Source: Octopus sinensis
Lineage: Eukaryota
DNA: 64,000 nucleotides
Assembly: GCF_006345805.1 (NCBI RefSeq)
Contig: NC_043000.1
Coordinates: forward strand, 80,786,001 to 80,850,000
Direction of reading: 5' to 3'
Positions 51,619 to 64,000 of the stretch are shown here, piece by piece. The translations under genes and the position numbers were made by a program. Each line of letters starts with the position of its first letter. The stretch's first letter is position 1. The notes under the pieces were generated by a model. That model did no database searches. It was not told where the DNA came from and saw only the letters and a list, made by a program, of their open reading frames with translations.

Positions 51619-52278
51619 CCTATCTCAACAATAAGACATTATAACAATTACGTTGACTGCCTAAATGATAAACAGAACGTTATTAAGTATTTAAAAAAAC
51701 CGTTAGTAGATTCAACGTCAAAGGCAGATACTAGGAAGAGAAGGGTTAAAGAAATAATAAGTAGAGAACAAATAAAGGGGGATACGTTGGTTGAAAAAAT
51801 GTTCAAAGTCTTAGAAGCAGATTTCTCTATTGAAGTAAAGTGCAAGTTAAACTAACTGTTCAAACTATAAAGACTGGCAAAATCACTTATATGAGTTAAA
51901 GGTATGTTTCTGCCAGTGTTTACATTTGTAAGATCGCTCTATAAGTGTGTTAACAAGATGATTCTTAGAGAAGAGAATATGGAAGAGTTCAGAGTTGCAA
52001 ATGTTACAAAATCCCTTGCCCTTATCGTAAGGAAAAGATACAGACAGGATGAACCAATCTAACTTAAAATCTTTATTGTTGTCTTTAAGATGTCAAACCA
52101 ATTTACTTAGACCTGTGCTATGGCATTTTCCGCTATCCCTAAATGATGAATAATGATTTGAAATTCTCTTAGATAACTGGGAAAAATCTACTAACGGTTT
52201 TTTTAAATACTTAATAACGTTCTGTTTATCATTTAGGCAGTCAGCGTAATTGTTATAATGTCTTGCTGTTGAGATAGG

Positions 52279-52375
52279 CTCTCTTTCTTTCCTGATGAGA
52301 AGATTGCATTTTACACCGTTTATTCCTTTGGAATAATACCATGTTGTCTTCAAAACATATGTCAAAAGTAAAAGA
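52279..52375 (+). ncRNA. Second hammerhead copy, core mutated (GAAAC to AAAAC)
   Basis: CTGATGA at 52292-52298, AAAAC at 52352-52356 and GTC at 52361-52363, in the inverted arm. Confidence 0.6.
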
Positions 52376-52411
52376 ATTTTAATAACATCTTCATTTAACT
52401 CCATTTATTTA

Positions 52412-52458
<47 letters not shown>

Positions 52459-52548
52459 GACTTCATTGTCCAGCATTTTCTTCCATGTTTTAAGATGGTA
52501 GGATGTGAGCTATTGATCCTACTAATTCTCTTGGAGAGTAGTCTGCAT

Positions 52549-52580
<32 letters not shown>

Positions 52581-54449
52581 ATATATACATACATATATGC
52601 ATATAGACATACATACATATATGCACATACATACACATACTTATACATACATACATGCATGCATACATACATACATGCATGCATGCATGCATGCATACAT
52701 ACATACATACATGCGTACATACATACATACATACATATATACATACATACATACATACATACATACATACATACATACATACATACATACAACGTTCTTG
52801 TATAAGAATAATAAATTTGTACTCTACAAAAGTATAGAGTAACCTATTAGATTAATGAAAAGCTAAACATCCATGATTGAAAGCAGCAAATAGAATTTTT
52901 TGAGGCAGATTATCTGTGACCACATGCTTTTCTTGTTGCCAACCTTCAACTGTTTCCAAGCAAGGTGATATTTCTCATGGCCAGACAAATTTTTCCTAGA
53001 AGAGTGAAAATGAACAACTTTGCTTATATGATAGCGATGTCTGTTTACAACTATCACATTGATATCAAAACTGGAGTTTACACATATCCTTTTGACAAGG
53101 CTTTTTGTCAGCCTGGGGTTAAAGGTGAAGACACTTTCCCAAGGTACCATACAATGAGTCCACATGGTTGGAATCAAGCTACTTAGCCAGACATATTTGC
53201 ACCTCTACATGCATACATGTGTGTGTGTGTTTGTGTGCATGTGTGTGTGAAGGCGCATATCTAGGTAATTAGGTGCTGCACTCATGATTGTAAGATCCCG
53301 GACAAGTAGTGCATTCTGAACTAAGCAATTTATTTCACATTTCACCAGTCCACTCAGCTGTAAATGTGTCACCTTGTTACTGACTGGCATTCCATGTTCT
53401 GTTCAGTGGGAATGTTAATCTGCCCATCTCACATTGTTACTAACGCTGAGTAACAATGTCTGATAGTCTGGTCAATACAGTGAGATATATATATACACAC
53501 AGAGACATAGAATGATACAAACTGACACAGTGATGGGGAGTAGGTTCATATGTCTAAGAAGATGTATATAAAGTAGTACTAAATAATTTCATATTACAAT
53601 TATATGAAAGTAACAACAATGTTACTGCCAGTTTCTCACAGGTTATTGGTGCAATGACTCAAAGATGTGTCTATTTGGATATACCTTGTAATTTGGATAT
53701 ACCTTGTGAAAAAAGTCATAGGTAATTCCATTAGGCTTGCTAGACCCAAGTCAAAAGTATTTTATCTAATAGTTAGTCACTTGAAAATTTGATGCAGGGG
53801 TGTTAAGACATAAGTTATGCCCCATGGTATGAAATCTTTGCTGTTAACCTGGAAGAGAAGAAAGAAAAGAAGATAGCAATGGAAAAATAAAGACAGAATA
53901 AAAAAAAACATTCAAAATGCAGCTCTCTGAACCTGGGGTCAGATAATGAGAACCAAAATAGAAAAGATATAGAAAAACAGATGGCCACAATGGTCTAGTC
54001 CAGTAAATGAGAATGTTCTCATGTAAGCAGGGAGTGAATCCATACATCTGGTCTCAGTGGTGTAGGTCAGTAAGCAAGGAGTGAATGTTTTGGATTTCAC
54101 ATTCAAGTATAGCCATATGAGCGAGCTTTTTTCAGTATCAGCTTTGTTTTCCACTGTACATCTGCTGCTACCATTTTATAAAGACTTTACAATTAATCTC
54201 TAGCTGATGTTGTACTTTATGGCTTTCTTTTTTTGAATGTCATACATATATGTCTATCTGTATTACTTCTTGTAGTTCCTGAATAAGATATGGTTATCCA
54301 GTCATTTTAAAGCCTTCCATCATTTGAGGGTAGTGTTTTAGACAGGATGCATTATTTGATTCCTTGAACTTGATTTCTGCCTTATAAACAGTTTCCCTAT
54401 ATTGCAGTGACCATTGGGCATATATGTAATATTACCTCTGCAGGTAACA

Positions 54450-54662
54450 TTGGTTTCCAATTTTGGTGTAAAGCCGGCAATTTTGGGGAGGGGATAAGTT
54501 GATTACATTGACCACAATATTCAACTGGTGCTTATTTTATTGACCCTGAAAGGATGAATGGCAATGTCAACCTCAGCAGAATTTGAATTCAGAACGTAAA
54601 GAGGGACAAAATGCTGCGAAGCATTTGGCCTGGCATGCTAACAATTGTACCAGCTTGCTACC
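54450..54662 (-). mobile_element. SINE family B copy
   Basis: Full head-to-tail match to the family. Confidence 0.75.
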
Positions 54663-55601
54663 TTCTCTGTGCATGTAATATTATATGCATGAGCAGCAGG
54701 CTTCAGTGTTGTAGATAAGTTTGTGCAAAACAATCTGCTGCTTTAGCAGATATTATTATTGTTATCTCCCTTGTGTGTTGGTTTACATTTTAAACACTCT
54801 TAGAAGGGGCTTTTGTCTTTTTATTGTAAGAATAATCTTAGTTAATTGCAGTTTCTCAAATCCCTATAATACATAGGTGTAACACTGCAGTGTATAAATA
54901 TACACGTAGACATGAGTGTGTGTAATGTGTATATACCACTGAATAAACAGAAACATGAATAAACATCAACATTACCAAAATATGTGTGTATTACTGTTGT
55001 TATTTAACCCTAGGTCAATGCTAATTGAGCAGATCTATGATGGAAAGTATACAGGCATGACTATCATGCTTTTTAAGACTATGCAGCATTATGTTACCTT
55101 ATAACTACATTACATTCCTAACTGAAAATGGTTGTGTGTAATTTGAGGAGCATTTGACTGCTATTTCTAGCAGAGTGAAGAACCATGTTGGGATCTTCTT
55201 CTTAAGCTCTAGTTTACGTTTTATGATGTAATGGCAGTGGTGATATTTGTGATAGTGGTGGTACTGTTGATAATAGTAGTGATGGCAGTATTTGTAATGA
55301 TGTTGGTAGTGCTGATAATAGTGGTGGTGGTGGTGGTGATAGTGGTGTTTAAAAAATGTTCCTATCAGCATTGAAAACGGATGGCAGATTGTAACTTGCC
55401 TTTTGTAGGCCCTCTGGGTAGAAATCAAAATAAAAGAAATCACGTCTTCAGATCTTCCATGGCTCATGGCACTTCAGTTTAGTGTACGTTTTATTACTAT
55501 GGTTGGTGGTGGTTGTGCTGGCAGTGAAGTGTTGTTGTTTAAGTTTTATTATACTTCTTCAATTATTTCAAGTTTATATATATATATATGTATATATATA
55601 T

Positions 55602-55706
<105 letters not shown>

Positions 55707-56329
55707 CACACACACATATATATATATATATATGATGATATATGATGATATATGATGATATATATATACATATATATATATATAAAATATACACATGCAC
55801 ACATATAAGTATACATATGGGTATGTATGTATGTGCATGCGTATGTGCACACACACACACATTTTCTTTTATATGTTTCAGCCCAAAGGCTGTGGCCATG
55901 CTGGCACACTGGTATGTGTGTGTGTATGTATGTTTGTGTGTGCATATTAATATCTTTACAGTGCTGCAATACAGATCCATTTCAAATGATTTTACCAATA
56001 AGTTTTGCACATTAGAATTAAGAGAAAACCCTACCCCAGTGCTCATCAGAAGAGCTGGTGTGAAGAGTATGGTGACAGCTCTCTGCTACTGCAGGTCAGG
56101 ATATGTTGCATTTGGTTTGTGTGTGTTGTAACAAACTGGAAAAACCTGTGGGGAAAAGTTCTGAGAGAAAATTCATCTAGAGTTATGCCCCTTGCTCAAA
56201 GGTCAGGGTGTTTTTGTGGCGTAAGGGATGATTGCCTACAACATGAGTTTCGGGTTCAGCTATGAGTGGTATGGGGCTGGTGTTTGTGCAGGAGCAGGGC
56301 AGTAATTGTAGTGTGTCCAATTTTAAAAT

Positions 56330-56520
56330 CTTTGATAGATTTACCTTCAGGCCTCATGATTAGTTTTGGCTTTTGCTTCTGCATTTTCCTCTCTAAATCC
56401 ACTATAGAGTCTACTGAGAAGTAAGGTGTCCCTATAGGTAGCCTGTCTTAAATTCCTCTGTGATGGCTCGTAAGACTATAACAGATAGAATAGGGTTAGT
56501 GATGGAGCCTAGATTGTTGT
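56330..56520 (-). mobile_element. Degraded RTE RT fragment
   Basis: GTCTTAAATTCCTCTGT and flanking bases match 37830-38020. Confidence 0.5.
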
Positions 56521-56567
56521 CTACTTTATATATATGCATATTTAAATCTGTGTGAATATGTGTGTAT

Positions 56568-56601
<34 letters not shown>

Positions 56602-58046
56602 GTAACATATGGTATAATTATAAACAGGACAAATTTTAGCCATTTCTCTGCAGACAGAAAAAAATGAATACGTTCATGTTAAAATCATTTTGTCTATTTA
56701 TTTATTTGCACTGTCCACCTATATAAATCATAGTATGTGTATGTATAATGACTAACACATTTCCACAATCCTCAATTGATTTTCACCAAACTTTACACAC
56801 ACATTACTTATGTCTCAACAATGGTCATGCACTATAACATTTTGCCCAGAGCTCCCACGTAATTGGACATAGTTCTTTTTGTATGTAGGGTCTTCCATAC
56901 GTTTCTAATCTCTATATATAAATCTTTTTATAAAAGTGAAAGGATTTTGTTTATTTATTTCTGCTGTCCACCTACAACAGTGATTCAATTGACGAAGAAC
57001 ACTGTACATGTTGAATATCCAATACCAAACTATCGTAATCTACATATTTAAACTGCATTAAATTTTGGCAAGCTTACCTTTACCTTTTCTGGGTTACTTG
57101 AAAAGTGATGTTCCCTTCCCTCTCTTCTATTTGTTGATACCTTTGTTTACATTTGATATCATTGTTTCACTTTAAGGATGCTTATTTACCCATCCATTAT
57201 GATATTTTGACTGTTGTCCATTGTTTCAAATATGTTTTAGCATTGTCATTCTAGCCCTTTTTAAATAATGACGTATAATTTATCCCAAAGAATCAAACTT
57301 TAAATAAGTGTTTTGCTTCTTCTAGCGAAAGCTATATGTATCTTTCAGAAAGCTCCATACCAGTTTAATTTTATATGGCATTCACTGTTTATGTGGGGAG
57401 ACAGAATAAAGGGGCTTTTGTTAGCTTATCTCTCAACAAAAATAGCTCCCTTTGCTGTTGAAAAAAACCCAAAAAACTTGCAGAGGGGAAGTTTCAATGT
57501 CTTCCTCCAATTTCCTTACACCAAGTATGTAGCTGTGTCTGACAAGAAATTTCGCCTTCATGTAAAACAACTATATTTTGTAGTATTTATCAGTTATCCA
57601 CTCCCAAAATACTTCAGTAGCTCTACTTTGCATTGCTTGCAAACTTATATGTTCTATGATCATTAAACTGCAATGACCTCCACAATAGCCAGCCTTCAGT
57701 TTGATTTTCCATTCGTAGGTTAATCAGAAACAGATTGCCATGCTACTCATAAATCTTCTCAGTAGTTCAATTATTTAGTGACAAAAAATACCATGAAAGG
57801 ATGGGTGTGTTTGCAAGGATATATATATATATATAAGGACCTCCTTCAGTCATGAATGACCATGGGATTACACCTAGAAGGTTCCTCTCTGAGGCACAAG
57901 TTTGGGCAAGGTTGTCTGTGGAAGACCAGAAGTCACCATGAATACTACTCTCCCCTCTCCACATGACCGATGTTGTCCAAGAGAAACACAAAGGCTGATA
58001 CAGCTTAGCACCAGCCATGTGCTTTCACGTGTGTGTGTGTGTGTGT

Positions 58047-58348
58047 GTGAATTTAGCATAATTTTGATATTCATTACAATTGCTTCTCTATGACTCCCTT
58101 TCTAACCACATTACATGTAAAGTATCCTGTGTGAAAGATTATGCAATATGCTTGATTCATTATGCTGAAGTGACATGTTATCAGATTAATATTAAATCAT
58201 ATCTCTTAATGCTAGAAATGCTACTCCAGCATATTAAATCATGCATATTGTGATAATTTTTCACATGGAATCTTTTACATGCAATGTGGTTTGAAACAGA
58301 ATGCTACAGAAACAATTGTAACTCATGTTAAAGTTATGCTAAATTTAC
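58047..58348. mobile_element. Fold-back MITE-like element (about 130-bp arms)
   Basis: 58047-58177 is the imperfect reverse complement of 58218-58348. Confidence 0.7.
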
Positions 58349-59296
58349 TCTTTTTTTTTCTCTTTATTTTACATGTTACCGTTTGAAATACTTAAGCATT
58401 AGCTTTACTATTAAGATACTATAGGTTCCTGCACCAGTGGACTTGTAATTATTTTCTAAGTTCCAGTATAAGGATGTAGATACTCAGGAATTAATGCTGA
58501 ATAGTGTGTTAAGAATCCTGCCCAATCCTGGTTTGTGCATTATTACAATGTGTACATGTGTGCATATATAAACACGCACATAAATACACATACACAAATA
58601 CTGATATGTGTGTGTGTGAATATATATTTGTATGTATGTGCATATGTGTGTTTGTGTGTATATATATACATATTTGTATGCATGTATGTATATATGTGTA
58701 TATATTTATGTGTGTGTTGTGTATATATGTATATATTCATATATGCTTTGTTATACTAATTTGATTTCTGTTTTTCTGTTCTAAATCAGTAAGGCTGATT
58801 GTATTTTGAAAAATGAAGTCCTCTTATAGTTAATTGAAAATAAACTGATTAGTTTGAATATCAATTTGATTAGCCCCCAAACTGATACTCAAATCAAGAA
58901 TCTATAAGCAATTTGAGATTAAGTATTGATCTAAAATCTCAAAATAAATTAGAGAGAGAAAATATATGAACTCAACTCATTCTCTAATATTTTTATCTCA
59001 CCTTATGTTTCTTAATGTATTATTTAACCATTTGAGAAATCCAATATAGTGGAGAGTGGATTGTAAATAATGTTCATATATTAGAGCTTTAAAGAAAGTT
59101 ATATATTTTATATTATGCTATTTTTATATTATATTGTCATTGCTATTCTGTGCTGTACTACACATTGGTCTATCTTTGCATTGTATCAGCTTTTCTATCA
59201 TAAAAGCTTGCTAGTCCCACACTCAATCATTCACTATTTCTAGGGAAAGCAATATAGTGAATGATCTCTCAAAATCTGTAATACACAATATTGCTG

Positions 59297-59359
<63 letters not shown>

Positions 59360-59377
59360 ATTGAAGATCATAACTTG

Positions 59378-59821
59378 ATTTGTATATTTATTGATACTGG
59401 CAAAAGATACATTGGTGGGGGTTAAAATCAGTGCACAGATCATCAGAACAAATTTATACATATACACCTCCAGCCCACAAACTGTGTCAAATAGAGAGTC
59501 AGGGACCCTGATCCAAATATGGATGCACAAAAGGAATGAGTCTACCTTCTGTCTGAAACTGTGCCAGAACTCTTTCTTTGGGAATGTACCTATATCTAGA
59601 ATGTAGCAAACACCATTTGAAAGATAGAAAAAAGCAAAAAAAAAAAAGCAAATGAGTGCAAGCGTGGCTCTGTGGTAAGAAGCTTGCTTTCCAACAACAT
59701 GATTCTGAGTTCAGTCCCACTGCATGGAACCTTGGGTGAGTGTCTTCTATTATAGCTTCAGACTGACCAAAGCCTTGTGAGTAGATTTTGTATATGGTAA
59801 CTGGAAGAAGCCTGTCGTGTG

Positions 59822-59878
<57 letters not shown>

Positions 59879-60816
59879 CTAACAATTCCCCCAGAGTCTT
59901 CCCTATGTTGAACCTGGTGCTTAAAGTGGACTGGGAACTGCATGCCTGAGTATCCCTGCATGTGATTTTACATGTATATCTGTACTTATATTGTTGAGTA
60001 TATTTGATCTGTCCATGTGAATATTTATATTAGTAAAATGATAAGTCCATATATGAGCATCCATAGATACTGTTGATACACAGAGATACTGTTCTCGACC
60101 CTACCTTGGTATACTTATTATTAAAATACCTTGATTCAACTGGAACCTGCAAAAAATTAATATATGTACGTATGTGTGTTTAATTATCTGTTGTTTTCTC
60201 CTCAGAAATCTTGTCAGCTATTATTTCTAATATTAATTTAGAATGAGTTTTCTGTGAATTTATATAATCTACCTAAATATGAATATCTTCAAACCAATGG
60301 GAAAGCCTTTATGTGGTCATTCTACTTGCTAAAAATAGCTGCTACATCTTGCTCAAATCACACATTACCATCTCATAAAAAGAACACAGTGGATATATTG
60401 AATAATGTATTCCCGAGTTCCTGCATGTTAGTAAAAGTGAGGATGTTCAGAGATAGAATGTTTTTGGTCACATATCTGCTCAATTAGTTCTGTCCTAGGG
60501 TTATATAACTACATATATTGATCCTGTTGATTTCATTCTAATCAATATAGCTATATATATATTACATTATAACTGTATCTATTGTTCTGGAAATTATCTA
60601 ACCTTTTAGACAGGAACCAATGAGCTTTACCAAAAAACTTTCTTCGGTAAATTCTTTGTTACATGAAGTCTTTGAGGCAGAGGAAGTTAGAGTGTTGTTG
60701 TTGTTGTTATTGGTGGCAGTGGCGATGATGAAGTGACTTGAATGCAATAAACAAATACTAGAATATAGAAAAGCAAAGCTTCATATGCGAGGGTCAGGGA
60801 ATAAATCTACTGCCAT
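59378..60816 (-). pseudogene. Candidate two-exon, frameshifted gene fragment for a secreted Cys-containing protein
   Basis: ATG in accATGg context at 60816, a hydrophobic stretch, donor AAG|GTTAGA at 60603 and a phase-compatible acceptor TTCTAG| at 59595, followed by more than 70 open codons. Two 1-nt frameshifts are needed in exon 1. No homolog recognised. Confidence 0.3.
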
Positions 60817-60856
60817 GGTGCAATGTTGTGTGTGTGAGTATGAGTGCATGTGTGTA

Positions 60857-60916
<60 letters not shown>

Positions 60917-61134
60917 CACACACACACATATATATATATATCCTTATATATACATATATATACATATACACATATATATATATACATATATACACATATA
61001 TACAGGCACACACTGACATATAATTGCAAATACATTCATGTGTAATTATTTGTATTGACAGTTCTCTCCTATTAAAAGTACCAATGTATTGTTGAACCTT
61101 CATTGTTCTATTTTGTTTCTAAAGTGTATTTTTA

Positions 61135-61171
<37 letters not shown>

Positions 61172-61389
61172 AACACACACACACACACACACTTATATTT
61201 ATATATATATATATATATATAAAGCATATTACTCTGCCCCTGGTATTTGAGTACTCTTTTTTCCACCTTGTTTCACACTTATATTTTCACTGTGGTATAT
61301 CCTCACACACACACACATATATATATATATGAGGGCTGAATAAAACAGGATAACTAGTTTACCGTTTTATTATAATATAAATTAAAGGT

Positions 61390-62040
61390 GCTCTTCTAAA
61401 TCCATCACAAAGCTGGAAGCCCTTTTGTATCATCAGAAATCTCAAGGTCACAAGCCTTTCACCTCTCAACTTGTATGCTTTGCCTGAGTTGGACAGGGAG
61501 GACTGAACTCGTTTTCATTGTTGGAAAGGTTCCACTTGAAGTCTCTTATTAACCATTGCTACCTTGAGCTAGTTTGAACTACCAAGCCTATCTCCTTGAT
61601 GGCTTTCTTAGATCTCTCACTGATGACAAATTCAGCAGTGGTTTCTTCTTGAAGCCTTTGGGGCTTTCAAGTTCATCCACTCTTTTTGTACATTGAGTGA
61701 GTTGAGCAGAGAGGCTCTGGGCATTGTGGTGTGCTTCTTGACCCTGGTCTTCCTCTATCTGTCAAGCAGAGCTGACACTCCTAAAACTAAGCCCCTGGGA
61801 AGTGTCAGATGCTTTACATTCCTCTTGTTGCTCTTTGCATTTTGATTCGTGAATACTAGTTTGTTGTGTGTTAATCTGGAGTGTGGCTCAAGAAGATTTA
61901 AAATGCTCCAGACGCACACATTGTATGTCCTGACTGAACCACTGCAAGACTTCAAGAGTTGAGGGTCCCATCACTTGAGTTGAGAATCCCATCACTTGAG
62001 TTGAGGATCCCGTCACTCTAGCTGAGGTTCCCATCACTCA
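61390..62040 (-). mobile_element. Possible Hero/NeSL-like non-LTR retrotransposon N-terminal remnant
   Basis: Minus-strand QCVRLEHFKSS*...IHESKCK...EEDQGQEAHHNAQSLSA resembles, from memory, the Zn-finger and EEPGPE..HSAQSL region. Stops are present. Confidence 0.35.
61957..62040. repeat. 21-bp tandem repeat, 4 units
   Basis: AGTTGAGG(G/A)TCCCATCACTTG units with no spacers. Confidence 0.9.
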
Positions 62041-62046
62041 CCACCA

Positions 62047-62532
62047 TCGTATTATAATTCTGTTTGTTCCTTCCTTAGTTACTTAGTTCGTCCATCAATT
62101 ACGCTCTTCATATAAATATGTGTGTCTCTCTCTATCTATAAACACACACAGAATGTTGCACATTCTTTCACTACCTCTCTATCCCTCCTCTGTTTTGAAA
62201 AGTAAAAATGACATCGAAAATTTACTGTGGTAATTTGTCTTTGATTTAATAATGTGTCAATGTTACTTATACTTTTCAGTAGAGGAGGGACAGAGAGGTA
62301 GTGAGAGAGAAAGAGTCAGAGTGCGAGGGAGAGGGAGAGAGAGGGGTGATAGAAAGTGTGCATGTGTGTGAAACAGAAGACAAGTAGATAGATAAATATA
62401 TCGACACATTGTTAAATCAAAGAGAAATAACCACAGTAAATTTTCGATGTTACTTTTACTTTTCGATACAAAGGAGGGACAGAAAGGTAGTGAGAGAGAA
62501 AGAGTCAGAGGGAGAGAGAGAGTGGTGATAGA

Positions 62533-62565
<33 letters not shown>

Positions 62566-64000
62566 CGTGTGACATATATCTATACATACATGTTTAGATA
62601 TGTGTAAACTGTAAATCAGGGATGGGATTTTTATCTATATATCTAATGAAACAAATTTTGAAATTCAAATCAAATGTTATTCAAATGTAATCTACTTTGG
62701 AAAAATATATCTATCTAATAAAATAAATAAATAAAACAATTTTGAAATTGAAATAAAATGTTACTCAAAATGTGGAGGTTTTTTTTTTATCGCGGGTGCC
62801 TCTGACTTGTGTGGGTGCACACATCCAGAAACAACATGCAGTTGTCATGGTAACAAACTGTTAATGCTTTGCTGTCTGATGATGGGCTAAAATTACCCAA
62901 ATTTTCAAACTTTAATTCTAAATAACATCAGATTCTTAATTTACAAGATAATGTAATTACCTGAGAATAATCAAAATTCAGAACTGCATTGATACACCAA
63001 AATTGAAAACAATCTGAGTAAAATTAAAGGAGGGGGGGGGGTTGAGTGAAACATTGAAGAACTATATTGCCTATAAAAGTCCATTTCTATCAATTTTTTT
63101 GTGTTTTGTATACATTTTATCGTGTATTTCTTTTGTGCTTATAAACTGCATTCATCATGAACTGGCAACAAAAACTGGAAGCTGCTTGCACGAGAATGAG
63201 GCTCTACAGACAGAGGATAAGGGAAGAGCAGAGACAGGAAATCCTAAAGAGAGACGGGCAACACTAGCAGCTGAGACGAGCATCAATGGAGGATGAACAT
63301 GAGGAACACCTGCATCATGATAGGAGGAGACAACAAATAAGATGAGAAAATATGAATGAGGAATAGCATGCACAGTACCATAAGCAGTAGAGAAACTTAT
63401 TTCAGCAAAGAGTAGAAAACATTAGTCATCATGATAGGGTTATTTATCAGCAAAACCAAAAGCGAAGATATCGAGAAAGAGTTCAAAATATGAATGCTGG
63501 TGAAATTGAAAATTTAAAGAGGCATCAGATACAGCGACAGTATGTGAGAAGACATAGGCCAGTGCTGAACAATTTAACAGAGGAGAAATGAACATTATAT
63601 GTGAATACTGTGGTGCGCTTAGGTTTAGAAATGAAAATAACAGTTGTTGCCTCAATGGAAAAGTGAACGTACCTGCACTGCAACCATATCAAGAGACACT
63701 CAAAAATTTATTTGAGGGAATTGATCAAGAGTTTATTTCATTCCGTAGAAATATCAGAAATTACAATTGTACCTTCTCCTTTGCGTCATTTGGAGTCAAA
63801 CTTGAAGCACTTCGAGGAAGGGATCCATATTGCTTCTGCATTCAGGGCCAAACTAACCACACAATGACAAACCTACATCCTGCTAATGCTCAACTGCAAT
63901 ACTGCCAGTTATACATCATTGATGCGGATGAAGCTCTGCAGCACAGGATGGATGCACATCAAAATTCTGAGTGTTCCCCTGTTACTATGAGAAAAATAAG
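62047..64000 (+). mobile_element. Helitron with RepHel coding region, runs off the window
   Basis: Putative 5' end A|TC at 62047 and subterminal repeats, followed by RepHel coding sequence from about 63157. Confidence 0.8.
63157..64000 (+). pseudogene. Helitron RepHel N-terminus (charged repeats and Zn-finger region)
   Basis: From ATG 63588 the frame is open to the edge: MNIICEYCGALRFRNENNSCCLNGKVNVPAL...FRRNIRNYNCTFSFASFG...PYCFCIQGQ...CQLYIID. The upstream charged-repeat part has stops and a frameshift. Confidence 0.9.

Larger units (their letters stand above)
51319..52417 (-). mobile_element. Penelope-like element 3' part with an inverted partial pLTR
   Basis: Minus-strand GIY-YIG C-terminus at 52184-51883: KRISNHYSSFRDSGKCHSTGLSKLV*HLKDNNKDFKLDWFILSVSFPYDKGKGFCNICNSELFHILFSKNHLVNTLIERSYKCKHWQKH. 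Inverted repeats of about 235 bp at 51478-51712 and 52185-52417. Flanked by (TA)n. Confidence 0.9.

Noticed and set aside
51532-52404. Two near-identical ORFs on opposite strands suggesting a duplicated gene
   Set aside because: They are antisense readings of the inverted pLTR arms. Only the tail of the minus-strand ORF is real PLE endonuclease sequence.
57300-57770. Faint RT-like words on the minus strand (LHEGEIS, GVRK)
   Set aside because: Too degraded to assign without a profile search.
61957-62040. Regular 21-bp repeats resembling CRISPR
   Set aside because: There are no unique spacers or cas genes, and the context is eukaryotic.

Overview
This is AT-rich, microsatellite-dense animal DNA. 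The SINE and LINE repertoire looks like coleoid cephalopod (Octopus-type), which is an inference from recognised repeat sequence. I found no intact, recognisable host gene, and most ORFs in the track are microsatellite or antisense artefacts. The window is largely decayed transposons: three Tc1/mariner-superfamily relics (one is a DD37D/maT element), piggyBac and mariner MITEs, two different RTE-clade LINEs (one with a PHD-like finger after the RT), Dong/R4 fragments, a possible Hero/NeSL fragment, non-autonomous Helitrons, the 5' part of a RepHel Helitron at the right edge, Penelope-like element (PLE) fragments and many tRNA-derived SINEs. The most notable signal is a set of type I hammerhead ribozyme motifs tied to PLE-like repeats. 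One has an intact core and an unusually long, branched stem II (about 51522-51618, minus strand). Another sits in a 342-bp direct-repeat unit resembling a retrozyme. A spliced, frameshifted candidate secreted-protein gene lies at about 59.4-60.8 kb on the minus strand.
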